Shown: piece by piece, positions 27,706 through 37,109 of the stretch
Layout: each line of letters starts with the position of its first letter
How positions within the stretch are numbered: position 1 is the first letter of the stretch
NCBI RefSeq assembly: GCF_947500255.1
Contig: NZ_CANMRL010000009.1
Span: 4,692 to 68,691 of the forward strand
Source: an uncultured Psychroserpens sp.
GTDB lineage: Bacteria > Bacteroidota > Bacteroidia > Flavobacteriales > Flavobacteriaceae
Length of the DNA stretch: 64,000 bases
Direction: 5' to 3'
Made by a program: the position numbers and the translations under genes
Notes under the pieces: model-generated
Told to the model about the DNA's origin: nothing
The model's database searches: none
What the model saw: the letters and a program-made list of their open reading frames with translations, nothing else

Positions 27706-28578
27706 CTAATTAAGAAAATCTTTTACGGTTTTTAGGTTGCTCTTAGATACAGGAATTTGCATATCGTTTTCAAGGATAAGATTTGGAGATCCTGAAATGT
27801 GTAATTCTTTAGCGAACGACATATTAACTATAGCTTTTCTATGTACTCGTAGAAAGTTAGTACTTAGTTTTTCTTCTAAGGCTTTTAATGAACTGCGCAT
27901 GGTATAAGATCCATTAGTTGTTGTGTGTACTTTTACACAGTAATCATCGGCTTCAATCCAACTAATGTCTTCTACAGGAATGATTTTACGTTTATTTCCT
28001 ATCTTGATATTAAGCACTTTCGCCTTTTCATCAATTGTAGAGTTTAATTTTTTAAAAAGTCGCGCGTTGGTTAATTTGAGTTCTGAAAGTTCCTGAACCT
28101 CAATTTGTAGTTTTTCATTTTCAAAATATAAGTGCAAAATCATAGCTATAGCAATATAGCCCAGTGTATAAAGCGTTGCTTTTTGAAACATAAAGAACGT
28201 AAAGTATTCTTTTATTAATAATGTAAAACTGAAATCGTCATTCGAGTATAGCAGTCGGCTAAGTGAAATAATAAAAATACATAGAACGACTAGTGCGAAA
28301 ATAACTAGTGCATATTTAAAAATCTTGACGTTATCAAGCTTCTTTGTAGATTGAGATTTCGTGTAGAAAAATAAAACGCTTGACATCATACTCCAGATAA
28401 TCCAACTGTTTAACTGACTTTTCAAAACATCAAAAAAGGAAACGTTTTCGACGATGTTGTATCGAGTCACAAAATAGATTTGCTGAAAGGTTTCAAAAAT
28501 CACGGCAAAAATGAGAACTAAGGCAATAATAAAGATGCTTAGTTTGAAATTTGATATTTTGCTCATGAGATTTTTCAC
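27706..28578 (-). CDS. Membrane-anchored LytTR regulator
   Basis: 4 TMs plus IPVEDISWIEADDYCVKVH...SLKALEEKL...FLRVHRKAIVN. Confidence 0.9.
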   Translation of the reverse strand: MKNLMSKISNFKLSIFIIALVLIFAVIFETFQQIYFVTRYNIVENVSFFDVLKSQLNSWIIWSMMSSVLFFYTKSQSTKKLDNVKIFKYALVIFALVVLCIFIISLSRLLYSNDDFSFTLLIKEYFTFFMFQKATLYTLGYIAIAMILHLYFENEKLQIEVQELSELKLTNARLFKKLNSTIDEKAKVLNIKIGNKRKIIPVEDISWIEADDYCVKVHTTTNGSYTMRSSLKALEEKLSTNFLRVHRKAIVNMSFAKELHISGSPNLILENDMQIPVSKSNLKTVKDFLN

Positions 28579-28582
28579 GACG

Positions 28583-29335
28583 CTAGGATTTAGGTTTTAC
28601 TGACTTAAATGTTTTATGCGAATCTTCTAAAAGTGTACTTAATTCTTTAAATTCCTCTGAAGTCAATTCACGATATTTACCAACAGGCACGTCTAATTCA
28701 ATGTTCATGATACGAACCCGCTTTAATGTTTGTACATCATAAGTTAAATAATCACACATACGACGAATTTGCCTGTTTAAACCTTGAGTTAATATAATGC
28801 TAAAGGTATGTGAATTGATTTTTCTTACAATACACTTTTTTGTTGTTTGCCCCAATTCCTCTAGATAAATCCCTCCAGACATTCTATTGATAAAGGTTTG
28901 GGAAATTGGTTTATCTACAGTAACAATGTATTCTTTTTCGTGATTATTACTCGCTCTTAAAATTTTATTGACAATATCACCATCATCTGTTAATAGTATT
29001 AAACCTTCACTAGGCTTATCTAATCGGCCAATTGGAAAAATACGTTTTGGATAATTGATAAAGTCAATAATATTATCTTTTTCAACACGAGTATCAGTAG
29101 TACATACAATACCAATGGGTTTATTAAAAGCCAGATATACAAATGCCTCTTTGGTGTTTTTTATCAATTCACCATCGACACGAACTTCATCATTAGGAGC
29201 AATTTTAGTTCCCATTTCTGGTACAGTGCCATTTATTGTAACATGACCAGCTTCAATGAGTCTGTCGGCCTCACGACGTGAACAGTAACCTACTTCACTT
29301 AAATATTTGTTGATTCGTTTTAGATGCTCAGACAT
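28583..29335 (-). CDS. rluF: 23S rRNA pseudouridine(2604) synthase
   Basis: S4 domain RINKYLS..CSRREAD, GRLDKPSEG, GLNRQIRRM; start MSEH at 29335. Confidence 0.9.
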   Translation of the reverse strand: MSEHLKRINKYLSEVGYCSRREADRLIEAGHVTINGTVPEMGTKIAPNDEVRVDGELIKNTKEAFVYLAFNKPIGIVCTTDTRVEKDNIIDFINYPKRIFPIGRLDKPSEGLILLTDDGDIVNKILRASNNHEKEYIVTVDKPISQTFINRMSGGIYLEELGQTTKKCIVRKINSHTFSIILTQGLNRQIRRMCDYLTYDVQTLKRVRIMNIELDVPVGKYRELTSEEFKELSTLLEDSHKTFKSVKPKS

Positions 29336-29476
29336 GAAACAAAAGTACAATAAAGATTACTGACAATGAAAACGAAGATTAATTAACAGAAATCAAATAG
29401 TTTACAAATCTTATGACTTCGGAAATAGAATACGCTACTAAAATCGTGAGTATTGAAATAATAAGTTTTCCTAAAG

Positions 29477-30310
29477 TCATATATTAGGATTAATAAAATC
29501 AAGAATATGATTATTTACTTCTTCTGCACGTAAACTATGACCATAACCTTTTGTAGCTATAAGTCTTGATTTTTTGTAGAAATTTTTAAAGTCTTCTGCA
29601 TCGTTATAAGGTATGATCTTATCAAGCTCGTCATGAATAATGAGCCCGTCGGCAGTTATATTTTCAGATAGACGAGCAGCATTAAAATACTCTGGCTTTT
29701 CATTAAAACGTTCAAGTATAATGTCGTTCATACTTTTAGAGACACGATTGTTATAATTCATCATGTTTACATATCTACTAAAAACACCAACAAAATTAGA
29801 AGGCGCTCCAAGTAATACCAACTTTTCAACAGAGTCTAATTGATACTTCTGTTGAAAAAAAGCAGTAGCCATTCCACCAACAGAATGTCCAATAATTATA
29901 TTGGCACTAAACTTTTTTGCAACAATATTAATGCATTCAGAATATAAAATAGCATTAAATAATTTACCTGTAGAATACCCATGAGCAGGTGCGTCTAAAG
30001 CGACAATGTTATAATCTAAGTCCTTTAGTTTCTCTATTAAAGCTTTCCATCTAAATGAATTGCTTTCCCAACCATGAGCTAGTAATATAGTTTCTTTATT
30101 GCCAAGCCAACGGTAGGTCCTAATACTTAAGTTTTCATAATCTAGATCTTCAGTATAAGCGGTCTGTAAGAAATCAACTTCTATTTCTTTAAGTTTTACT
30201 TTACGTGGAGAAGAGAATAGCCTTATAGCAAGTTTTCCAGCCGTTTTGCGTGAGAATACACTAATAATGTTGATAGACATTCCAATAACTTTGAAAAGCA
30301 CCTGTTTCAT
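29477..30310 (-). CDS. alpha/beta hydrolase
   Basis: HGWES, DAPAHG, GHSVGG, HDELD, GH. Confidence 0.88.
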   Translation of the reverse strand: MKQVLFKVIGMSINIISVFSRKTAGKLAIRLFSSPRKVKLKEIEVDFLQTAYTEDLDYENLSIRTYRWLGNKETILLAHGWESNSFRWKALIEKLKDLDYNIVALDAPAHGYSTGKLFNAILYSECINIVAKKFSANIIIGHSVGGMATAFFQQKYQLDSVEKLVLLGAPSNFVGVFSRYVNMMNYNNRVSKSMNDIILERFNEKPEYFNAARLSENITADGLIIHDELDKIIPYNDAEDFKNFYKKSRLIATKGYGHSLRAEEVNNHILDFINPNI

Positions 30311-30681
30311 TAATCTTCTCTATTTACTAAATCCATCGAAAATGCAGGCACACAAATGGCTATATACTCACAAGCATCTGTAAATGGATTAGAGTATTGT
30401 ACTCTTACATTTTTATTAATCTTAATGGATTGGCCTGCTTCAAGAATCAAAATTTCATCATTAATGATAAATTGTTTTTTTCCTTTAATTATATAGGTGT
30501 ACTCATCAAATTCTGGAGTTTGAAAAGGTTCGCTCCAACCAGGAGGAGCAACCATGTGGGCAATACTTAATTGAGTGTTTCCATCAGTAGCATTTCCAAA
30601 GTGTTCTTCAATTAGTTTTCCATCTGTTGTTGGTACCACAAATGGCGAATTTTGAATGATGTACGGTTTTTTACTCAACAT
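30310..30681 (-). CDS. Cupin-domain protein
   Basis: APPGWSEPFQTPEFDEY. Confidence 0.85.
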   Translation of the reverse strand: MLSKKPYIIQNSPFVVPTTDGKLIEEHFGNATDGNTQLSIAHMVAPPGWSEPFQTPEFDEYTYIIKGKKQFIINDEILILEAGQSIKINKNVRVQYSNPFTDACEYIAICVPAFSMDLVNRED

Positions 30682-30694
30682 AAAGATCTTTTAA

Positions 30695-31258
30695 TTACCA
30701 ATGCACTATAAAATATTTAATTTTTGCATTATCTGGAATTTGAACAGCTTCAATATTCAACGTCATATCAAATCTTAGATTTGCTGGTAATTCTTTTTTA
30801 TCAATGGTAAATGAGGCATTGATTTCATTTACGGTGACAACCACTGTAGAAATCAAATTATTGATACTGGAGATTTTATAGTTGTCATTAATGTCTTTAA
30901 ACGTGCTTAGTGTAGAAATATTTTTATCGGTCTTGTACTTTTCGTTTAAGATAAGAACACTCTCAATCACAGCCGTTGAATCTAATGCCTGACTTGGTGT
31001 TAAGATAAGCGACTTTTTCCCTTCTTTATAAATTTCTATGTCATTATTATCTCCAGCAAATTCATCTCCTTTTATAGAGGTTACAATTGAGTCGTTAGGA
31101 AATGCAATATCTAAATCCTTCACCATTGTAGAGTCTGTTAGTAAACCAATATGTTGCTTACTAATTTGAAAAGGATCTTGCTTTTTTTCTTTAGTACAAC
31201 TAGCTATAACTATTGAAGCTATGGTTAAGATCGAAATGTATTTTAATTGTGTTTTCAC
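30695..31258 (-). CDS. Hypothetical lipoprotein
   Basis: IASC lipobox. Confidence 0.75.
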   Translation of the reverse strand: MKTQLKYISILTIASIVIASCTKEKKQDPFQISKQHIGLLTDSTMVKDLDIAFPNDSIVTSIKGDEFAGDNNDIEIYKEGKKSLILTPSQALDSTAVIESVLILNEKYKTDKNISTLSTFKDINDNYKISSINNLISTVVVTVNEINASFTIDKKELPANLRFDMTLNIEAVQIPDNAKIKYFIVHW

Positions 31259-31298
31259 TAATTTAGTATTAAATATGGTTATTAATTTGAGGTGTTTT

Positions 31299-32837
31299 TT
31301 ATTTAAGCATCTTTGTTAAGATACCAAGAACGCTTCTTATTACAGTTGGACTTGTCAAAACTTTAACAATAGGGTTTTGTCTTGTGCTTCTACTTCTGGA
31401 ACGAGATGTTTTTCGTTTGCTTTCTTCTTTTTCTAGAGCTTCTTTTTCTTTGCGCGCTTTTTCTTTAGCTTCTTCGGCTTCAGCGACTTCAATTTTTTTA
31501 TTGAGCATTTCATAGGCACTCTCTCGGTCAATTTCCTCGTTGTATTTTTTAGCAAGTTTAGATTTCCCAAGTAAACTTCCTAATTCTGTTTCAGTTAATA
31601 CATCCATCCTGCTCATTGGTGCACGCATCATCGTGGCAGCAAGCGGCGTTGGTTTTCCTTTTTCATTTAATGCCGAAACTAAAGCTTCTCCAATTCCCAG
31701 TGATGTAAGTACATCTGCGGTGTCATAATATGCGGTGTCAGGATAATTTTGCGCAGTTAGCTTGATTGCTTTCCTGTCTTTTGCAGTAAAGGCTCTCAAT
31801 GCATGCTGAACTTTTAAACCTAATTGACCTAAAACAGCTTCAGGAACGTCTGTTGGATTTTGAGTGACGAAATATAAACCAATACCTTTACTTCTAATTA
31901 ATTTGACAATACTTTCAATTTGGTTTAGTAGTGCTTTGGACGCTTCATTGAAGATTAAGTGCGCTTCATCAATAAACATAACCAACTCTGGTCGACCACT
32001 ATCACCTTGCTCAGGAAATGTCGAGTATATTTCGGCCAGTAAGCTTAGCATGAAAGTTGAAAACAACTTAGGTTTGTCTTGAATGTCTGTTAAACGAATA
32101 ATGTTGATGTATCCTCTTCCGTCATCATCAACACGTAGTAAATCGTCTACTTCAAATGATGTTTCACCAAAGAAGAGCTCGCCACCTTGTTGCTCTATTT
32201 CAACAACTTTTCTTAGAATTGCTCCTGTCGAAGCGGTAGAAATTCTTCCATAAGCTTCGGTAAATTCTTTTTTCCCTTCTTGAGTTGCGTATTGAAGTAT
32301 CTTTTTAAAATCTTTTAAATCTAATAATGGTAATTTATTATCGTCACAATATTTAAAGATAACTGCAACCACACCAGATTGTGTTTCAGATAGGTCTAGA
32401 ATTCGAGAGAGTAGTACAGGCCCAAACTCACTAACTGTAGCACGTAAGCGTACACCATCTTGTTCTGATAATGTTAAAATTTCTACTGGAAATGACTTAG
32501 GATCAAATTGTAAACCAATTTTTTCGTGACGCTCATCAATTTTTGGATGTCCAGGACTGGGTTGTGCTAACCCACTTAAATCTCCTTTGATATCCATTAA
32601 AAGTACTGGAACACCCTTTTCACTCAAATTTTCAGCTAGAACCTGAAGCGTTTTTGTTTTTCCAGTTCCAGTAGCACCAGCAATTAAACCATGTCTATTC
32701 ATGGTTTTTAATGGTACATTGACATAAGCATTGGTTAATGTTTCGCCATCTAACATAGCAGAACCTAGCGTAATGTAGTCGCCTTTGTTAGTATTTCCGT
32801 CTGTGATTTCTTTTAAAAAATCGTCCGTTCTACTCAT
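31299..32837 (-). CDS. DUF853 / HerA-like ATPase (YjgR family)
   Basis: NRHGLIAGATGTGKT, DEAH, LIRSKG, QHALRAFT. Confidence 0.9.
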   Translation of the reverse strand: MSRTDDFLKEITDGNTNKGDYITLGSAMLDGETLTNAYVNVPLKTMNRHGLIAGATGTGKTKTLQVLAENLSEKGVPVLLMDIKGDLSGLAQPSPGHPKIDERHEKIGLQFDPKSFPVEILTLSEQDGVRLRATVSEFGPVLLSRILDLSETQSGVVAVIFKYCDDNKLPLLDLKDFKKILQYATQEGKKEFTEAYGRISTASTGAILRKVVEIEQQGGELFFGETSFEVDDLLRVDDDGRGYINIIRLTDIQDKPKLFSTFMLSLLAEIYSTFPEQGDSGRPELVMFIDEAHLIFNEASKALLNQIESIVKLIRSKGIGLYFVTQNPTDVPEAVLGQLGLKVQHALRAFTAKDRKAIKLTAQNYPDTAYYDTADVLTSLGIGEALVSALNEKGKPTPLAATMMRAPMSRMDVLTETELGSLLGKSKLAKKYNEEIDRESAYEMLNKKIEVAEAEEAKEKARKEKEALEKEESKRKTSRSRSRSTRQNPIVKVLTSPTVIRSVLGILTKMLK

Positions 32838-32893
32838 AATTCAAAATTTGCATAAAAATAGTGTAATTTTAGTCAAGTTTAAAATGAACTAAA

Positions 32894-33340
32894 ATGAAAA
32901 ACACATCTCCTTTTATAATTTTATTATTTCTCTTCGGAATGATGTCTTGCCAACAAAATAATCAAGATGTTATATTTCATAAATCGCATGAACCTAAAAA
33001 AGCTCAAGCACCATTTAGTGATGTGGTTGAAGCTAATGGTCTTTTGTTCTTGGCTGGCCAAGTAGGAATGAATCATAGTACACGTACATTAGTAGAAGGT
33101 GGAATAGAAGCAGAAACGAAACAATGTATTGAAAACATAAAAGCCGTTTTGAGTCTGCATGGATCTTCCTTGGATCGTGTTGTGAAATGTACTGTTGTAC
33201 TAAAAGATATTAACGATTTTGCTGCTTTCAATGAGGTATATAAAACTTATTTTCCTAATAAACCAGCAAGAACAACATTCGCTGCTTCAGGTTTAGCAGT
33301 TAATGCTAATATCGAAATAGACGTTATTGCAGTGAAATAA
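32894..33340 (+). CDS. RidA/YjgF family protein with lipoprotein signal
   Basis: PFSDVV, LAGQVG, PARTT, IEID; MMSC lipobox. Confidence 0.88.
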   Translation: MKNTSPFIILLFLFGMMSCQQNNQDVIFHKSHEPKKAQAPFSDVVEANGLLFLAGQVGMNHSTRTLVEGGIEAETKQCIENIKAVLSLHGSSLDRVVKCTVVLKDINDFAAFNEVYKTYFPNKPARTTFAASGLAVNANIEIDVIAVK

Positions 33341-33379
33341 ATAAAATAACTTCTAACTTTTAAAGTATATTTGCAGGCT

Positions 33380-34012
33380 ATGACGAGAAGAGAACGACAA
33401 GAACTGATAGACAAAGGTTTGTTACTTCCTTTAATGGAGGAATTTTATACAATTCAAGGAGAAGGATATCATAAAGGAACGGCTGCGTATTTTGTAAGAA
33501 TTGGTGGCTGTGATGTAGGTTGTCATTGGTGTGATGTTAAAGAAAGCTGGTTGGCTGAATTGCATCCTCCAACAGCAACAGAAAAAATAGTTGAAAATGC
33601 TGCAAAATACAGTAAAACTATTGTAGTTACTGGTGGAGAGCCATTAACTTGGGATATGGGACCTTTGACAGAGCAGCTCAAAGCCAAAGGCTTACAAACA
33701 CATATTGAAACTTCTGGAGCCTATAAGTTATCAGGAATTTGGGATTGGATTTGCCTCTCACCAAAAAAAATGAAACTGCCTACAGAAGAAGTTTATGCCA
33801 AAGCAGATGAGTTAAAATGCATCATTTACAATAAAGATGATTTTCGCTTTGCCGAAGAACAAGCTGCAAGAGTTAGTAAGGATTGTATTTTATACTTGCA
33901 ACCAGAATGGAGCAAGCGTGATAAAGTAGTGCCTCAAATTGTTGACTATGTCATGGATAATCCTAAATGGAAAGTCTCTTTGCAAACACACAAGTATTTA
34001 AATATACCATAG
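33380..34012 (+). CDS. queE: 7-carboxy-7-deazaguanine synthase
   Basis: FYTIQGEG, CDVGCHWCD radical-SAM motif, SLQTHK; ATG at 33380. Confidence 0.93.
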   Translation: MTRRERQELIDKGLLLPLMEEFYTIQGEGYHKGTAAYFVRIGGCDVGCHWCDVKESWLAELHPPTATEKIVENAAKYSKTIVVTGGEPLTWDMGPLTEQLKAKGLQTHIETSGAYKLSGIWDWICLSPKKMKLPTEEVYAKADELKCIIYNKDDFRFAEEQAARVSKDCILYLQPEWSKRDKVVPQIVDYVMDNPKWKVSLQTHKYLNIP

Positions 34013-34042
34013 AATAGAATAGTATAGTTAATCAAATTTAAT

Positions 34043-34294
34043 ATGCCAAAGAGGAAGAACCCTGTAGTATTAAGTTCTTTGGAATTAGAAAAGAAAGATA
34101 CAAGAGAATTACTTGGGTATCTTAAACGTTTGCATCAATGTGAAGAATCATTTGAAGCTTCTGATTTAACAGAAAACATAGATTTAAAAAATGACAATAT
34201 TATTTACTTCAAGAATACCGAAAAATGGAATATTGCTTACAGTAAGCTAAAATTCATTTTAAGTACTAGAGAACATTTGAACAAAAAAACATAA
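34043..34294 (+). CDS. Small hypothetical protein
   Basis: 83-aa ORF between queE and a terminator. Confidence 0.6.
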   Translation: MPKRKNPVVLSSLELEKKDTRELLGYLKRLHQCEESFEASDLTENIDLKNDNIIYFKNTEKWNIAYSKLKFILSTREHLNKKT

Positions 34295-34323
34295 AAAAAG
34301 CTCTGAATTTTCAGAGCTTTTTT
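34293..34323. terminator. Bidirectional terminator
   Basis: AAAAAAAGCTCTGAA tt TTCAGAGCTTTTTT. Confidence 0.85.
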
Positions 34324-34338
34324 GTTTGAATAGAGTAG

Positions 34339-34884
34339 TTATTTGGTAAACGGAACAGCTATCCTAACAGTTCCCCAACCTAAATGCATATGAGCGCCAT
34401 CTTTAGAATCTTCAAATACGATAGCGAAAGATTCTAGAGAGTCCTTAGCAGTAGTCACAGGTACGTTGAGTCGCGCCACATCATTTTCTTTTTTATAGAA
34501 ATAACTTCCCCAAACGTTGAGGTCTTTACTTATTATTGCGGTCCATTCTGTATCACCAGGAATAACATAAAATGTGTAAGTCCCAGCAGGAACTTTTGTA
34601 GAACCTAACATCATATCTTTGTATAGTGTTAGTTCTGCAGCTTCATTAGCTCCAGTTCTCCAAACTTCTCCCTTTGGAGCCAATTTGTCAAGACTACGTC
34701 CTTTAAGCTGCGGTCTGCTATATGATATTTTAATGAGCTTGTCTGCATTTCTCCAGTTTGTAGGAAAGGAAGCGACATCCATCGGACTCTTATCCATTTT
34801 TGGAAAGTCTTGAGCGTTCATGTTTACCGATATAAGCATTAAGAATGCCATGGTAATTGCAGAAATAATTGATTTTGTTTTCAT
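34339..34884 (-). CDS. DUF2911-domain secreted protein
   Basis: SYSRPQLKGR, VWRTGANEA, GTYTFYVIP; start MKTK at 34884. Confidence 0.88.
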   Translation of the reverse strand: MKTKSIISAITMAFLMLISVNMNAQDFPKMDKSPMDVASFPTNWRNADKLIKISYSRPQLKGRSLDKLAPKGEVWRTGANEAAELTLYKDMMLGSTKVPAGTYTFYVIPGDTEWTAIISKDLNVWGSYFYKKENDVARLNVPVTTAKDSLESFAIVFEDSKDGAHMHLGWGTVRIAVPFTK

Positions 34885-35153
34885 GATGTGTTTTTTAGTT
34901 AATTTGAATTGTATAAAGTTAAACCGCATAGGTCTTAATATTATATTAAATGTCGAGCCTTGATGTTAAAGTTTACAATTTTTCCTAAAAAATGATGAAA
35001 TCATGTTACAATAATTACAATAAAGCATTAAATAATCAAATAAAGTTTTAAATTATAAGTATTTTATTGTTTTATATTTAATAATTATAATCTTAGCATC
35101 ATATTTGCTTTATCAAATTAAATAAATACTAAAAAAATATAAAGATTAAAGCT

Positions 35154-36818
35154 ATGTGTGGAATTGTATGTGCGTTTGATTTAAAACAGAAATCGGAAGA
35201 CTTAAGACCTCAAATATTAGAAATGGCGAAAAGTATTCGTCACAGAGGACCGGACTGGAGTGGAATTTATAGTGATGAGAAAGCCATTTTGGCTCATGAA
35301 CGTTTAGCTATTGTTGATCCAGCTTCGGGTAAACAACCTTTATTTAGTGAAGATAAAAAACTCATTTTGGCTGCCAATGGAGAAATTTATAACCATAGAT
35401 TATTGCGCTCACAATTTGAAGGTAAATATCAGTTTCAAACCGAAAGCGACTGTGAAGTGATTTTAGCCTTATATCAAGAAAAAGGTGTTGATTTTGTGGA
35501 TGAGATGAACGGCATCTTCGGATTTGCAATTTATGATGCTGAAAAGGATGAGTATTTTATAGCTCGAGATCATATGGGAATTATTCCTCTTTATATAGGT
35601 TGGGATCAAAACGGAACATTTTATGTCGCCTCAGAATTGAAAGCATTAGAAGGCGTATGTACCAAAATTGAATTGTTTCCTCCTGGACATTATATGTCTA
35701 GCAAAGATGGAAAATTTGTACAGTGGTATAAGCGTGATTGGATCGAGTATGAAGCTGTAAAGGATAATGATACAAGTATTGAAGAAGTAAAGCAAGCTTT
35801 AGAAGATGCTGTACATAGACAGCTTATGAGTGATGTGCCTTATGGAGTACTTTTGTCTGGTGGATTGGACTCTTCGGTAACATCAGCCATAGCTAAAAAA
35901 TACTCTGAAAGACGTATAGAAGCTAATGATAAAGAAAAAGCTTGGTGGCCACAGCTGCACTCATTTTCTGTTGGTTTAGAGGGATCTCCTGATTTGGCTG
36001 CTGCTAAAAAAGTAGCTGATCACATTGGTACAGTGCATCATGAAATAAAGTTTACAATTCAAGAAGGCTTAGATGCTATAAGAGATGTGATATATAATAT
36101 AGAAACTTATGATATTACGACAATCCGTTCATCCACACCAATGTATTTAATGGCGAGAGTAATTAAATCAATGGGTATTAAAATGGTGTTATCTGGTGAA
36201 GGCGCAGATGAAATTTTTGGAGGCTATTTATATTTTCATAAGGCACCAAATGCAAGAGAGTTTCATGAAGAAACAGTTCGTAAATTAGATAAATTACATA
36301 TGTATGATTGTTTAAGAGCAAATAAAAGTTTAGCAGCTTGGGGAATTGAAGGGAGAGTTCCGTTTTTAGATAAAGAATTTATGGACGTTGCCATGCGTAT
36401 CAATCCTAAAGATAAAATGATCAATGGCGAACGTATGGAGAAATGGGTTATTCGTAAAGCATTTGAAGATATGATACCAGAAAGTGTAGCTTGGAGGCAA
36501 AAGGAACAGTTCAGTGATGGAGTAGGTTATAGCTGGATTGATACGCTAAAGGCGCTTGTTGAGAGAGAAGTTACTGATGAGCAAATGAACAATGCTAAAT
36601 TTCGTTATCCAATCCAAACTCCAATAAATAAAGAGGAATACTATTACAGAAGCATTTTTGAAAGTCACTTCCCAAGCGATGCTGCAGCCTTAAGTGTTCC
36701 GCAAGAGCCTAGTGTTGCATGTAGTACAAAAATTGCTTTAGAGTGGGATGAGGCATTTAAAAACATGAATGATCCTTCTGGTAGAGCAGTAGCAAAAGTT
36801 CATGCCGATGCTTATTAA
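35154..36818 (+). CDS. asnB: Glutamine-hydrolysing asparagine synthetase B
   Basis: N-terminal MCGI, HRGPDW, LLSGGLDSS, SGEGADE, RVPFLD. Confidence 0.97.
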   Translation: MCGIVCAFDLKQKSEDLRPQILEMAKSIRHRGPDWSGIYSDEKAILAHERLAIVDPASGKQPLFSEDKKLILAANGEIYNHRLLRSQFEGKYQFQTESDCEVILALYQEKGVDFVDEMNGIFGFAIYDAEKDEYFIARDHMGIIPLYIGWDQNGTFYVASELKALEGVCTKIELFPPGHYMSSKDGKFVQWYKRDWIEYEAVKDNDTSIEEVKQALEDAVHRQLMSDVPYGVLLSGGLDSSVTSAIAKKYSERRIEANDKEKAWWPQLHSFSVGLEGSPDLAAAKKVADHIGTVHHEIKFTIQEGLDAIRDVIYNIETYDITTIRSSTPMYLMARVIKSMGIKMVLSGEGADEIFGGYLYFHKAPNAREFHEETVRKLDKLHMYDCLRANKSLAAWGIEGRVPFLDKEFMDVAMRINPKDKMINGERMEKWVIRKAFEDMIPESVAWRQKEQFSDGVGYSWIDTLKALVEREVTDEQMNNAKFRYPIQTPINKEEYYYRSIFESHFPSDAAALSVPQEPSVACSTKIALEWDEAFKNMNDPSGRAVAKVHADAY

Positions 36819-36825
36819 TAAAAAG

Positions 36826-36857
36826 AAAAAAGGAGGCTAATAGCTCTCCTTTTTTTT
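36826..36857 (+). terminator. Intrinsic terminator
   Basis: AAAAAAGGAG-GCTA a TAGC-t-CTCCTTTTTT. Confidence 0.75.
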
Positions 36858-37109
36858 CGATTAATAATTTTATCCCTAAAAATTATTAATCTCTCCATCC
36901 CAAAATTATAAACCTGAGTATGACTTATTTTATTACGAGTTTATATATTTCTATAAGACTTAAAATTGCAACAAAGCTAGATATAGAAAATAGTATAATC
37001 CATATTAAATTATAAAAGCTAAATTGTTTTTTATTAGTTGTTTTCATAATCATTTTTTTAAGGGAAGGCTATGTTAATACAATCACCTTCCCAAGTATTA
37101 ACAGCTTAA

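Noticed and set aside
31299-32837. HerA-like ATPase as an anti-phage system
   Set aside because: It is the widespread DUF853/YjgR type, with no adjacent nuclease or SIR2 partner.
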